Source: Eledone cirrhosa (lineage: Eukaryota). From it: a stretch of 64,000 nt of DNA. Numbering within the stretch: position 1 is the stretch's first letter; every line of letters starts with the position of its first letter. Positions 25,861-39,900 of the stretch are shown here, piece by piece. Location of the stretch: the NCBI GenBank assembly GCA_964016885.1, contig OZ024742.1:338210001-338274000 (forward strand), written 5' to 3'. The translations under genes and the position numbers were made by a program. The notes beneath the pieces were generated by a model. That model did not search any database. It was given only the letters and a program-made list of their open reading frames with translations, and had not been told where the DNA came from.

Positions 25861-26477
25861 TGTGAGGGGCCACGTTTCTGTTCCATAGTGAACAGACCGA
25901 AGCATTGTAGATATGGAGCTTCGTCTTCCAGAACATAGAGCAGTGGTATCAAAGAGGCTTCTGTAGGGAATGCATAAACCCGATGGCGAGATCACATCTG
26001 CAGTTGATATCAATGGGGTCAGGTCTCTAATGTTGGTGATTGTGGAGTCCAGGTAAATGGAGGAGCTGATGAACTCCTCAATGCTGGGGCCAGTATGAAG
26101 CAGGGGAAGATGCGGGTCTTCGCCCACTTAACCTGAAGGCCAAACTTTGCCAATTCCTTCCAGAGATGGTTGATCGAGTTGGTGAATAAGGGTGTTCCAG
26201 AAAGCAATGGCAGAAACTCGTTCACAGACCTTGGTCATCAGATAGTCGATGTCACCGTTGAAGAGATCAGGGGCAAACATGCCCTTTCTGAAACTGCTGT
26301 TGATGGGGACCCAGATGGAGTCCTTCTCGTTCATCCACATGCAACTCTTGGCACTGCTATAGAATCGTTGGAGCAGGGTGGTGTGTCGATGAGGCGGAGA
26401 ATTTTCAAGAGGGATGCTATGTCGAAAACTGCGTTGTGTTCCGCGAAAGAAACATATAGGTCCCGATGTTTGCGAAA
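25861..26477 (-). mobile_element. Old LINE RT fragment, paralogous to 56180-56810
   Basis: High nucleotide similarity to the paralog; degenerate RQG..APDLFN motif. Confidence 0.7.
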
Positions 26478-27680
26478 TTCCAATAGCGAATTTAGCAGAC
26501 CAAAGTTGCAAGATGGTGACCCTGATGCCGCTGGGTGTCAAGGGGGAGTAGCGAAAAATTTCAACTGAACAGTGAATACGTGGAAAGTGAATATTAAGTA
26601 AGTTGTATGAAGAATGCACGTCAAATAGTAGGTCAAACCTGTAAGCCAAGCCCGTCTGAGTTATAGCCCAAAAGAGCATAAACAGGGGCGATATTTTGGA
26701 GCACACTGGAAAAAAAAATCATTGCAATCGGACGTTCCCGAAAAAAGTTTTCTAATTTTTTAGTCTCGTGTTCCGAACAACAAAGAAAAAAAATTACAAT
26801 AAAATATGTCTTTGTTGAGATTCAAGTAAATGAATGCTTAAGCGTCGTTATGATTACGTTTGTTGTTTTATAAATTCATCTGTTGCTTTTGAATATTTGT
26901 TATTTGATGTAGAATGTAACATTGAGAGAGGAATATGTATTTAGTGTGATGTGTTGCTTAGTTATCAAAGTTTATTTCGCGTTCCTGAACGAATGATCTA
27001 TTATAGAGAGAGGGAAGAGCGATGGAGAGAGTGAAGCTAAGAAATCATAAGGAGGTGTGTTAAACCTCGAAGCATGAAGAGAGTAAAGCAGTTGAATTAT
27101 AGAGAGGAGGAATAATCTATTGTAGAGAGAGTGAAGCTATGTTTGTTGTATAAATCGATGTGTTGCTTAGTTTTCAAAGTTTGTTTTGCATTCCTTGAAA
27201 AGAAGTTTTGTCGCTGTTCTAAACTGTAATGGTGATAGGGTAGTAGAGGGAGGCATTAACCTTTTAAAGATAGTTGCAGAGGAGATTGAGGGGGGAGTAG
27301 AGGGAGGGATGAACCTTTTAAAGAGAGTTGCAACATGTATGTAGTTTCATAGATTGTTGAGGGTAGTAGTGAGAGTGACTAACGTGTAAGAGAGAGGGTT
27401 ACAGCATGTATTTAGTTTTATCGATTTTTTTCATAGAAGCAGGACATTTTTGCCAAACTTTATTATGCGTTGACCAGCATTGGTAAATTTTAGAGCACAT
27501 TGGAAAAAAAATCGGTAGAGAAATGTGGAAATGCATAAAAATCATACACAACACAGACAGACATCTTCCGTTTTATATATACAGAGATAATACACACACA
27601 CATCATCATTACCGTTTTACGTCCATTCTTCCATGCTAGTATGGGTTATACGGGTTGTCCTATTATGGGCAGTGCCCGGT
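26478..27680 (-). repeat. Local duplicate of 23397-24740 (Helitron 5' portion plus adjacent RTE tail)
   Basis: Near-identical sequence; ORF 26128-26706 starts like ORF 23377-23625. Confidence 0.9.
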
Positions 27681-27849
27681 TGAAAAAAAAAGCACCCAAC
27701 ACTCACTGTAAGTCAGGTTGGTGTTAGGAAGCGCATCCAGCTGTAGAAATCAAACCAGAATCAGTTCCTAAGCAGAGAAAAGCGGACGTAAAATGGTGAT
27801 GATAATGAAACGAATGCTGTAACAGCAAAACAGTGAATGGATGAGTAAA

Positions 27850-28035
27850 AATAGTGAACGAGACATTGGACGATGAACAGATGGGGGAAAAGGTGAATGA
27901 GAGACTGGCCGATGAACAGATGAGGAAAAAGGTGAATATGAGACTGGGCAGTGAATAGATGAGGGGAAAAGTGAACGAGATATTGGTCAATGAACAGAGG
28001 AGGAAACAGTGAACGAGACATTGGACAATGAATGG
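27850..28035. repeat. Degenerate minisatellite of about 38-40 bp, about 5 units
   Basis: Repeating GTGAACGAGACATTGGACGATGAACAGATG-GGGAAAA. Confidence 0.75.
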
Positions 28036-28349
28036 ATAAGGACAAGAACAAGACAAGAATCAAATGAAATAATGAATGAGTTGAATAGAACAATGCGGTG
28101 CTGAGTGGATGGATAGGGGGATGGGTGGGAGTTGGGGGTGGGGTGAATGAAGCAGAATGAATAGTGTGTGATGGCTGGAGTGATGTGTGGCTGGGATGAG
28201 GAATGGACAAAGCAGCAATCGGTTAAGGTGATAAGTACATGTGGACCAGGAAACATGTAACTAAAAGATAAATAAAAAATAAAAATTTATTGATCGATTT
28301 TCGTCAAATCGGACCGAGGAAACAATGTTTCCATTAGTCTTTCCAATTG

Positions 28350-28482
28350 CTAATACTAACTATCGGTTGCAACTCCGGGTAGAAGGAGCTCCGTGAAATA
28401 AAGTGTCTCACCCGGTCCAGGAATCAAACTGACAACCTCACGATTGCAAATCCAGTTCTCTAACCAATCAGCCACACACCTT
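28350..28482 (-). mobile_element. Degraded tRNA-derived SINE head
   Basis: Minus strand reads GGTGTGTGGCTGATTGGTTAG...GTTTGATTCC...GACACTTTATTTCAC, similar to the SINE at 25484. Confidence 0.55.
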
Positions 28483-28666
28483 CACGTGTAACTAAACGAC
28501 AACAAATTCATATAAAAACAGTAAAAACAACAATGCTAATTAATAATGAACAAAGGGATATTTTTCTTTTTCTGTGTGGTCTACCTCTGGTGGTAGGGTC
28601 CGTACTGTAGATAGAACTCAATGTAATCCAGTAAAATCCATAGAGAAGTTCTGTGTTTCACTGAGT

Positions 28667-29025
28667 TAATTCTTTAGATACAGTCAGATATTAGGTATTA
28701 AATTAACAATGAAAATAAAAACAACAAAGTTATAAAGTAACTTGACTTGGTTCCTTTTATATTCATTGTTAATTTAATCTGTATGTATATAAAATTAAGT
28801 ATGTGTGTGTCTGTGTATTACCTATAGGGGCCTATATCTTACGACTGATTTTCATGAAACTTTACAGGCTCATAGATTAGTCATCAGGGAGTGTTTTCGA
28901 TATATCAGCGTAATTCTTTAGATACAGTCAGATATTAGGTATTAAATTAACAATGAAAATAAAAACAACAAAGTTATAAAGTAACTTGACTTGGTTCCTT
29001 TTATATTCATTGTTAATTTAATACC
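28667..29025 (+). repeat. 111-bp direct repeats, each containing a mini hairpin with ~20-bp arms, flanking a Helitron-like 5' stub (28778-28910)
   Basis: 28667-28777 equals 28911-29021. The stub begins A|TCTGTATGTATATAAAA...GTGTGTGTCTGTG...ACTGATTTTCATGAAACTT. Confidence 0.75.
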
Positions 29026-29074
29026 ATATATATATATATATATGCGCAGTGAGAAAGCAGCAATCGGTTAAGGT

Positions 29075-30495
29075 GAGAACCCTTTAGCGGCCAATAGTGG
29101 TATAAGCTCTCTGAACTTTTTCTATCCCTGTATTTTCAGAGCACCCTCCACCACTGCTGATTTTGTCACCTAGGTAACGGAAGGTGTCCACTATTTCTAT
29201 AGAACCATCTGTGCAATGGAATGAGCTAGTATTTGTGGGCACTTGCTGCTACTTATTGCACCAGAGCACCGGCCACATATAAAATCTATATTCTTAGTTA
29301 GCTTACCTGTGATCCCACTACATCTTTTATGCACCCATACTTTGCATTTAGGACATAAAATGGAGTTTCTGCCTACTCCTTTCCTACACACTGAGCATGG
29401 CCATTTCCCAGATGGGACCAGTGCCCTATTTTCCTTCCTACAAACTAGAACTTTAGTCTTAGACAGGTTAATTTTAAGGCCTATTGATTCTAGGCCATGC
29501 TTCCATGTTTGGAATTTCTTCTCTAGTTCAGCCGTTGATTCAGCTATGAGTGTTAGATCATCTGTGTATAGGAGTTCCCATGGGCAGCCGGTCTTGAACT
29601 CTTCTGTTATAGCCTGAAGGGCAATAATAAATAGTAGGGGGGGGGGGGTAAGAACGGAGCCCTGATGAACACCAACTTTTACGCTAAACTCTTCACTATA
29701 TTCGTTGTTAATTCTAACCTTGCTGGCTGTTTCTTTATACATGGCTTGTATAGCTCTCACAAGCCATTCATCAACACCTAGTTTTCTAAGCGCACACCAG
29801 ATAATGGAGTGGGGGACTCTGTCAAAAGCTTTCTCCAAGTCAACAAAAGCTAAGTATAGGGGTTTACTTTTAGCTAGGTACTTCTCCTGTAGTTGTCGTA
29901 CAATGAAAAGAGCGTCTGTGGTACTTTTACCTGACACAAACCCGAACTGCATTCCATCTAGATCAATTCGCTTTCTGATTAGTTGCGCTATAACTTTTTC
30001 TGTGACCTTCATAACCTGGTCGATTAATTTAATGCCTCTATAGTTACCCTATCTACGGCATCTCCTTTACCCTTGTAGCAGTTAGTGATGATGCTGCTAC
30101 GCCAGTCCTTCGGAACGACCCCATTCTGTATGACTTGGTTTACTATCCGGGTAACCATAGTGTGTCCCACCGTTCCAGATGCTTTCAGCATTTCAGCAAC
30201 TATTTCCGAAGGCCCAGCCGCCTTACCCGTCTTCATATCTTTGATTGCCTTACTTATTATACTACCTTCAACTTGCACTGCTGGTCCCTCTATTGGATCG
30301 ATGTGGGGGAGACTGTCTTTCTCCCATTTAGTCTCCTCATTTAGTAGCCTTTCGTAGTGACACTTCCAAGCTACCTTCTTATCACCGTCAGTGATGGCAA
30401 GTACACCATCATCATTAAGGACACACTTCTCCCCGACAATATCACGGTTTTCCTTGACACATTGCCTAGCAATCCTGAACACCTCACGTTTTTGT
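29075..30495 (-). mobile_element. Internal RTE fragment, same family as 5361-8550
   Basis: ORFs 29197-30012 and 30024-30539 are near-identical to 6470-7750. Confidence 0.92.
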
Positions 30496-30506
30496 ATATA
30501 TATATA

Positions 30507-30700
30507 TGCAGTGTGATAAGAAGCTTGCTTCCCAACCACATGTTTCTGGGTTCAGTCCCACTGCCCGGGCCGACCAACCCTGTGAGTGGATTTGATAGAC
30601 CGAAACTAAAAGAAGTCCGTCGTATATATGTCTGTGTGTGTCTTTGCATTTGTGTTTGCCTCCCACCAAAACTTGTTTGTTTATTGATGTCCCAATAACC
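30507..30700 (+). mobile_element. Degraded tRNA-derived SINE (paralog at 60185-60400)
   Basis: AAGAAGCTTGCTTCCCAACCACATG...GGGTTCAGTCCC (B box)...TGTGAGTGGATTTG; resembles octopus SINEs as I recall them. Confidence 0.65.
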
Positions 30701-30757
30701 TATGCTCCAGCATAGACAGAAAAAAAGAAAGTGTATATATAGATGTGTGTGTAGAAG

Positions 30758-31158
30758 AGGGGTCTCAAACTCAAGGACACAAAAGGGCCGTTACGTCCTG
30801 GATGAAAAACCCAGTGGGCCAAACGTGGTGGTGGGTGATGATTTTCACCAGTTATAATCATTTCTACTAAAGGCACAAGGCATGAAATTTGGGGTTTAGG
30901 GTCCTGTCGATTACATCGTTCGCAATTCACAACTGGTACTTAATTTATCAACCCCAAAAGGATGAAAGACAAAATTGAGATTGGCGGAATTTGAACTCAG
31001 AACCTAAAAATGGAAGAAGTACCGTTAAGCATTTCGCCAGATGTGCTAACGATTCCAGCTCACCGGCTTATTTTCACCAGTTATAATGCAATCTGATATA
31101 TTGGTTCTACCATGGGCCATAGAAAAGTAGTTCGCAGGCCACATGTTTGAGGCCCCTG
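30758..31158. mobile_element. hAT-like MITE carrying a nested SINE (paralog at 60460-60862)
   Basis: TIRs AGGGGTCTCAAAC and GTTTGAGGCCCCTG; the TSD is degenerate. Confidence 0.65.
30859..31069 (-). mobile_element. tRNA-derived SINE with an 18-bp TSD
   Basis: TSD ATTTTCACCAGTTATAAT at 30841 and 31070. Minus strand has B box GAGTTCAAATTCC and central CTTTCATCCTTTTGGGGTTGATAAATTAAGTACC. Confidence 0.8.
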
Positions 31159-31175
31159 TTGAAGAGATGGATAGA

Positions 31176-34100
31176 TAAATAGATATGTTTCTTTATTAGC
31201 CACAGGGGCACAAAAGAAGGGGACAAATACAAAGGGGGAAGTTTACATACAATAAAAACGTGTAACATGTTATCACAAATGCAATTTAAAAAATTAGTCG
31301 ACTTTCCCCAATAGGGGGAGACAGTTCATATGGGTAACACATACCCCCGAAAAAATGTGAAACCCTCATCTCCAAGAGTACGAAGAGTTTGTACTCCTTT
31401 CCTCTCCTCCTCCTTTTCCTCAACCTACAGGCTGATATAGAGAGAAGGCCCATTCACTCGGGCCATTCTCGCCACTTTCACCCACCTTTCATAAAACTTG
31501 CTGGGCTACAGCCCTCTCTCTCCATCCTGATTCTTCTTCCAAAGTGGTATTTGAAAAAAAGAATCAGTTGTTGGCCGGAGAGAAAGGTGTCTGACCTCAG
31601 TCCTTTCAACCTTGTCCACCATACAACCTCTTTCGCCATAGCTATCACACAAAGGAAAACCGCCCTCCTTCGTTTTTGAAGGAGCGTGGCGGTTTGATCA
31701 TGACAATGGACTCAGTTTCTTCGTTACGCACACACCTCGGACAGATCTTTTTTGCAGGGTCCCTGCCCGGGCGCCCATGTCTGTAGAGCTTGTCTCGAAC
31801 TGGTAGAGCTCCTCGGTAGCACTGCCAGGCCAGGGACTTTTGGAAGTTGTCCATCGGTCCCGGGCGGAAGGTCCTACCGAACAGACTGGCCAGTTCATCT
31901 TCCTCTACGCCTAGAATTTCACCGAGCGCGTCGTTGCACTTGCTGCGGATCAACCCTCTATAGAATGACGAAGTGGAGTCTCCACTGATCGCCGAGTCCG
32001 CCTGCCAGAGGGCTGTGAGCGCCTGAGCACATTCGATGTGCCAGTCGCCCATTTTCCTCGGTCTTTGCTTGACCCAGAACTGCAGCTCGGTCAGCGAGAC
32101 GAGTCGTGGGAAGGCTCGCCTCACGAACGGGGCCCACACCAGTTGTCCGGTGAGGAATACGTAGAGATGCCGCAGCCTGAGCGCATGTTTGCGCATCGTC
32201 AACCACGGCATCCCCAGCCCTCCGTTAGAAGGGTGTTGGCAGCAGATGGATCTTCTCACCAAAGGAGCCCGCCTCTTCCAAAGGAATTGGAAGAGCGCGC
32301 GCTCCATTTTGGCTGGACAAGGCACGATGGTCAAGCGGTAGTAGATGGCGGACGCTATAAAAGTGTTCGCCACCTCCGCTCGACCTTTCAAGGATAGTTT
32401 GCACTCGGCCCACTTCTGGGTGAGTGCAAACACCTTGGCCGTCACTTCGTTCCAGTTCTTCTCCACCTGGAGGTCCGGACCAAACCAGACCCCGAGCAGC
32501 TTTACCGGTCCTTCCGTCCAGCGTCCGACGACGCCATCGGAAGGCATCGGTTTGCCTCTCCACGATCCGAGTTGCAAACCGATGGATTTGTCCCGGTTCA
32601 GCTTCGCTCCTGTGAAACTTTCATATTCCTTCAGTAAGGTGCAGACTTCCTCGATTTGCGAGGCGCTCGACAGCATTACTTTCACGTCGTCGGCGTAGGC
32701 CGACACCGCTTTCCTCAGTCCCGGTTCCAGAGAGATGCCCTGCAATAGCTCCAACTTCCGCAGTAGTGGCTCGAGAGTCAGTACGTACAGAAGGGAGGAG
32801 AGAGGGCATCCCTGTCGAATGGATTGTGTAATATGGAACGGCTCCAAGAGGTAGCCGTTCACATTGACCCTTGAGCAGATGTTGCTGTTGTGCATTGCAG
32901 CAATCCAGCCCCTGAACACGGGTCCGAAGCCTGCCGCCTCGAGCACCGCATCCAGGTAATGATGGTCAACCCTATCGAAAGCCTTAGACTGATCCAAGTT
33001 GATCAGGGCCCCACCGAAGCCGGGTTTACACCCTACCCTCTCTATGATGTATCCCATGAGGTGGAGGTTGTCGTGTATGAACCTGGTCTGGATTGCGCAT
33101 GTCTGCGCTTCTCCCACCAGGTTCTCGACGACAAGCGCCAGCCTCTTTGCCAACACCTTGGCCAAAATCTGTAACTCTATGTTTAGCAGAGTTATGGGCC
33201 GGAAGTTGCCTATGTCATCCGCCTTATTCCCGTCCTTCCTGATTAGTGCGACCACGCCCCCGGTTACAGAACTGGGAATTCTCCCGTTCTGTTGCGAGTT
33301 GCAGCAGACCGGAGAATAAGTCCGGCATTGCCACGTAAAATTCGTAGAGTAGACCGTCAAAACCTGGAGATTTGCGTTTGCCGCATTGGTTCAGCGCGTC
33401 CACTATCTCAGCGGCTGAAATCGGCTTTTCGCAGAACTTTGCCTCGCTGCCCGAGAGTCGCGGTAGGCCGTCGAGGTATGGACCGAAATCCATAGCCCCT
33501 CCCGGCGCGCCGCCCCTCCCGAACAGTTGAGCAAAGTGCCGCTGAAAGGCCGCACACATCTGCTTCGGCTCAGGTATCACGCGTCCGTTTTGGTCCTTCA
33601 AAGACCGAATCGTGGACTTGTTGCCACCTTTTGCCTCCGTCACTCGGGCCCAGCTAACAGCTTTGGCTCCCTCGTTTCCCAGAACACGTATTTTTCTTCT
33701 GACAACGCAGCCCTCGTGCTTTGCGTCGAAGAACTGGTCCAAGGCCGTTCTCGTTGCTAGCACGCTGGCTACGTTGCCACTTCTAATTGCCTCTTCTACT
33801 TTATCTACCAGTTCCTTCTCGGTTCTATTTCTATCTAACGCTAATTCTTTACTAAAATCTATCGAGTCTAATCTAACTGCCCTCTTGAGAGAGTATCACC
33901 ATCTGTTGTTGACAATGGCCCCTGTCAAGTGCTGTTTAACTAAAGTGCTAATCCGTCTACTGTAGGCTTTGCTTGTCGGTAACGACAAGTTCAGCTTCCA
34001 GTAGCCGGGTCCTTGTCTATGGGTTCTATCAAGGTTGGCCATGCAGGTCACTAGTTTGTGATCTGAATAGACAACCATGAACATTTGTGGACAGCGTAAC

Positions 34101-36907
34101 ATGTCCCTATCCTTATTTCTAACTAGAACCCTATCTAGGTACGATCGAGATGTTCCGCTGCGATTAGTGCACGTCCACAGTGGCACAGTCGAAAAATCTA
34201 GTCGATATCTATCGGCCAGGTCAAATCGGTCGATTAACTGTTTGAGGCTGTTACACCCTCCTTTATCGGGACATGCTCCCACATAGTCCCAACGTGCATC
34301 TAGGATTCCATTCCAGTCCCCCACTAAAAGCAAGGAGCGGGACGTTCCCAGAAAAGTCTCTAGACGTTTGAAGAAGTCTAGCCCCGGTGTCCCGGATGGG
34401 GCATATGCAGCCACCAGCCTGAAGGCTCCACCTTCACTACCGTCAACGTCTAGGACCACCAGTCGACCCTCCGGGTCCAGATGTACCGCCTGTGTTACGA
34501 GGCCCAGGTGTTTCCGCAGCAAAAACGGCAACTCCGCCCCCACCTCCCCGGTTGACAGAGAGGTGCGTAGATGTCAAAGTCATCGAAGATGGGGGCCAGC
34601 TGTCGCTCGCTGTGGATCCTGGACTCGCAAATGGCTACCACATCCATACTGTGCGACCTGAGGTCGTTTAAGAGTTTGCCCTGTTTCCAGGGCATCCCCA
34701 GGCCGCGTACGTTCACACATCCAACTCTTATATTGGCCATGTTGGTGCTGAAAAGTTAAGAGGAAAAGTGGTCACTCACCCTTCGTCTCCTGGGGACCAG
34801 GCTGTATGATTTCCATGGGGGTGTTGGAGGGGTTGTCTGGATGGGTGGTGGTTTCCGACAGGGTGGGGACGGAGATGTTATCTGGGGTGGGGAGACATTT
34901 GAGAAGGACGCGGTTAAGTGGTTTCACGCAGGAATTCCCCACATCCTTTTCAAATGTTTCTTTTAGGGACCTATAAGTTTATATAGGGACCCTAATCAGT
35001 TTTAGGTTCAGTTTTTTTTTATTTTTAATAGAGTGGGCGAAAGTTTTCCCTTCGGTTTTCACCGAAGGGTCGTTCGTGATGGTCTCCATTAGTGTTTTGT
35101 TTTCAGTGTTTATGTAAGTGTAAGTGTAATTTTCTTGTGTTGTGTTTGTTTTTGTCTGTAGTTCTTGTGTGTGCTTTCGTTTTGTTGTAGGTATTTTGTT
35201 TTCAGGAGGTGGGGGTTTTGTTTGTGATGTTTTTGTTGTTTGTGTTGGTGGTTGTATGTTTGTGGTAGTGTTTGCTGGTTTTTTGCTTTTGTGATGTCTT
35301 TTCTTTCTTTTCGAGCGATGGGGTTCTCCCTCGTCTTCACTGGGTGATGGCGAGATAGCCTCATCTGTTGTATCGTCTGTGTGATTGGGGAGGGGTATGT
35401 CTTGGGGAGCTGTTGTGTCTGTATGTGATTTTGCAGTCCCACCCAACCCTACTCCACCTAAAACTTTTAGGTGGAGTAGGGTTGGGTGGGACTGTGTTTG
35501 TTGTGGTTATTTTTGTGTGTTGGTGTTGTTGTTGTGGTGGTGTTGGTGGTTGTGTTGTTGTGGTGGTGTTGGTGGTTGTGTTGTTTTGATGGGTGTCGGC
35601 AGAAGAGCCTTTTTTTACTCATTAATTTAGGACAGGAAGCCCTCAGGTGACCTCTGCTAAAGCAATGGTAACATGAAGGCCGCCTAGCCTCAACCGAAAA
35701 GTTTATGTAGGTGAGTCCGTCCAGGAGTACACGTTGTGGGATCATAGCTATTCGCTCTGGGCTCATTTGCACCAGAACTTCAACGCTAGTCCCATTGAAT
35801 ACATCTCTGGGGGACTTTCCTACCGACAGTATTCTGTCTTCATCAAAATTGATGAAGCCGCACAGTATCCACCATATGTTCACCTTTGGTGTGACACTCG
35901 TAATTTTGATCTTTTGTGTCCTTTTTCCCATGTATGTAGGGAAAAAGGTATACAGGTTGGATACAATTGGCGACACAGAGTAATTTTGGGCCGTCAATTG
36001 ATCCTTCATGAGTACCGAAATACTCGCAAAGAGTTTGCTTCTTTGAATGAATGCAATATCATTCATTGAATTTTTGAAAACCAGTTCAATTTCTTTCTGT
36101 GACAATTGGACTGGTTTTCGGGTAGAATTGGAAACTGTCCTAAAAACTATCGTTTTGAGAGCAGTTTCCTTGCGAATTTCTACCGGAGAATTGATGCTGA
36201 AAGCACCATTTTTTTCGAAAGTGAGATATCTCCTAGCGTCCTTTAAAAGTTGTTCGGCATTTGTTATGTCGAGATATGTCAGTTCCTCCTTTTTCTGAAC
36301 TGTCTGTGCAAAGGAGATTTTTGTTTCTTTGTGGAATTATCCGTGTTGGTGGTGTTGTCATTATTGTTGTTGTCACTGATGTTGATATTATTCGTACTTT
36401 CCTTGGTGTTGGTGTTGTTGTTGTCTTTTATGCTGGTGTTATTGGTGTTGTCTTTATTTTTTTCCTTGTTGTTGTTGTCATTGTTGTTTTTATCATCATT
36501 ATTGGTGTTGTTGTTATTTTTGTTGTCATTGAACTGTTTGGTGTCATTTGTGTTGTTTGGATATGAATTTGTTTTTACATTTTCATTTCGTCTTTCCATC
36601 TCCATAGTATCTAGGGAAGAAGACGATTTTGACTGCGAGCTATGTAGTCTTACCGACTCTCCACCACCATTATCGTTGAACGCAGCGTTCATAACGTAAT
36701 CAAACTTCCTACGATATTTTTTCCAAAATTCGATGGAGAAAAAATTTTTCAAACGAATATTGAGCCCCTGTAGGGGCGAAAATGAGTTGACCCACCACCT
36801 GAAGACGGGGCATCAAGTTACACGGTAATATAAAATTTAACTGAAAACTCACGTTTTTTTCTTACATAAAATAACGGAAACTTCTCCGCGAAGTTACACA
36901 CGTCTGG
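31176..36907 (-). mobile_element. L1-Tx1 clade LINE A, full length, frameshifted
   Basis: ORF1 (about 36700-34773) has an Asn-rich N-terminus and a CYHCFSRGHLRASC knuckle. ORF2 (34740-31425) has APE (NVRGL, GDWN, SDH), GYWKLN and RT (LDQSKAFDRV, RQGCPLS, YADD). It ends with AATAAA followed by a TATC-like tail. Confidence 0.92.
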
Positions 36908-39900
36908 TAGAGAGATAGATAGATAGATAGATAGAGAGATAGATATGTTTCTTTTTATTTGCCACCAGGGCATCAAAAAGTGGGACAAGTACAATGGGGG
37001 GACGGGGGGTTACACAAAAAGTCGAGTAAAGAAAACAAATAACAAATATAAAATTAACAATAAAGTCCTCAATAGGGAGGGGGCGTTTGGGGGGTCGCAC
37101 ACACCCCCGAAAAAAGTGTGCAACCCCTTCTCCTCAGGAGCACAGAGAGAGGGTGCTCCCTCGTTCCTTCCTCTTTTCCACCTACAGGCTGATGTAAAGA
37201 GAAGGCCCATTCACACGGGCCATTCTCGCCACTTTCACCCACCTTTCATAAAAACGACTGGGGTGGAGCACCTCTCTCTCCATCCTGATCCTTCTTCCGA
37301 AATGATATCGGAAGAAACGGACCAGTTGTTGGCCAGAGAGAAAGGTGCCTGACCTCAGTCCTTTCAGACGCGTCCACCATACAAACTCTTTCCCATGGCT
37401 ATTACACACAGAAACACCACCTCTCCTTCGTTTTTGAAGAGGGGAGGCGGTTTAATCGTTACAATGGTCTCGGTTGTCAACCGGATCGGTCCCACCCGTG
37501 ACAGCAGTCGTTCGACATAGCCCCACAGATCGGCTACGCCCGAGCAGTGTACCAATGCGTGTGCAACAGTTTCCTCGTCGCACACGCATCTGGGACAGAT
37601 CTTTTTGGTGGGTTCCCTACCCGGGCGCCCGTGTCTGTAGAGCTTTTCTCAAACGGGAAGAGCCCCTCGGTACACTGCCAGGCCAGGGACTTCTGGAAGT
37701 TGTCCATAGGTCCCGGGCTGAATGTCCATAGGTCCCAGGATGGCCAGTTCGTCTTCCTCCATGTCTAGGGCTTCTCCGAGGGCGTCGTCGCACCTGCTGC
37801 GTACCAGCCCTCTATAGAATGTCGCGGTGGAGTCTCCACTGATAACCGGGTCCGCCTGCCAGAGGGCGGTGAGCACCTGGGCACACTCAGTGTGCCAGGC
37901 GCCCAGTTTTCTCGGTCTTTGCTTGACCCAGGATTGCAGCTCGGTGAGTGAGACGAGTCTGGGAAAGGTTCGTCTCACAAACGAGGCCCACACCGGTTGA
38001 CCGGTGAGGAATACGTGGAGGTGCCGTAGCCTTAATGCGTGTTTACGCATCATTAGCGACGGCATCCCCAGCCCTCCTTTCGAAGGGTGTTGACAGCAGA
38101 TGGATCTCCTCACCAAAGGAGCCCGCTTCTTCCAAAGGAATTGGAAGAGTGCGCGCTCCATCTTGGCGAGGGTTTCCCTTGGGCAAGGCACGACGGTCAG
38201 GCGGTAGTAGATGACGGACGCTATATAGGCGTTCGCCACCTCCGCCCGACCTTTCAGGGACAGTTTGCAACTGGCCCACTTCTGGGTCAGTGCAAACACC
38301 CTGTTCGTAACCTCACCCCAGTTCTTCTCCACCTGGAGGTCTGGTCCGAACCAGACCCCGAGCAACTTCACTGGGCCCTCCGTCCAGCATCCGACGACGC
38401 CATCGGAGGGCATCGATTTGCCCCTCCACGTGCCGAGTTGCAAACCGATCGACTTGTTCCGGTTCAGCTTAGCCCCTGTGAACCTTTCGTACTCCTCCAG
38501 TAAGGTGCCGATCGCCCCGATTTCGGAGGCCCACCATTACTGTCACGTCATCGGCCGACACCGCTTTCCGCAATCCCGGTTCCAAAGGGATGCCCTGCAA
38601 CAACTCCAACCACTGCAGTAGTGGCTCGAGAGTCAATACATACGGAAGGGAGGAGAGAGGGCACCCTTGTCGGATGGACCGCGCAATTTCGAACGGCTCC
38701 GAGAGGTAGCCGTTCACCTTGACTCTAGAGCAGATGCGGCTGGTGTGCATAGCAGTGATCCAGCCCCTTAAAACGGGTCCGAAGCCTGCCGCCGCTAGCA
38801 CCGCATCCAGGTAACCATGGTCGACCCTATCGAACGCCTTACATTGATCCAAGTTGATCAGAGCCCCACCAAAGCCGGTTTCGTTCCCAACCCTCTCTAT
38901 GATGTATCGCACGAGGTGGAGGTTGTCATGGATGGACCTGGACGGGATAGCACATGTCTGCGCATCTCCCACCAGGTTTCCCACGACAAGCGCCAACCTC
39001 TTTGCTAGCACCTTGGCCAAAATCTGTAACTCTGTATTTAGCAGAGTTATGGGCCTGAAGTTACTTATTTCGTCCCCCTTGTTCTCGTCCTTCCTCACTA
39101 GCGTGACAATGCCCTTGGTCACAGAACAATGAATTCTCCCGTTCTGTTGCCAGTTGCAGTAGACCGCCTCGAGGAGATCGGGGAACAAGTCCGGCATAGC
39201 TAGATATAGTTCGTATGGAAGACCATCGAGACCCGGGGATTTGAGTTTGCCGCATTGGCTCAGCACGTCCTCTATCTCAGCGGCAGAAATCGGCTCCTCG
39301 CAGGACTTCGCCTCCTTGTCCGAAAGACGCGTCAGGCCGTCGAGGTATGGACCGAAGTCCACTTTCCCAACCGGCTGCCCGCCCCTTCCGAACAATCGGG
39401 CAAAGTGCCTTTGAAAGACCTCACACATCTGCTTAGGTTTAAGGATCGCCCGTCCATCCCGGTCTCGCAAAGACCGGATGGTGGATTTAGTTCCACTGTT
39501 GGCCTCTGACACGCGGGCCCAGCTAACAGCTTTGGTCCCCTCGTTCCCTAGAACACGTATTTTACTTCGGACAACGCAGCCTTCGTGCTTCGTGTCGAAA
39601 AACTGGCTCAAAGCCGTTCTCGACGCTAGCACTCTGGCCACGTCGCCGCTTCTAATTGCCTCTTCTACTCTATCTATCAGATCCCTTTCCTTCCTATTCC
39701 TATCCGCAGCTAGAACCTTACGAAATTCTATCGAGACTAATCTAATCTCTCTCTTTAGAGATACCCACCACCTGCTGTTGACGATCGCTCCAGTCAACCG
39801 CTCCTTAACTAACGTACTAATCGGGTCCCTGTAAGCTTTACTTGCCGGTAAGGACAAGTTCAGCTTCCAGTAACCGGGGCCCTGTCTATGCGTTCTATCA

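Noticed and set aside
36250-36699. Hydrophobic Leu/Val-rich 'membrane protein' ORFs (also 41086-41408)
   Set aside because: Antisense reading of the Asn/Thr/Gln-rich Tx1 ORF1.
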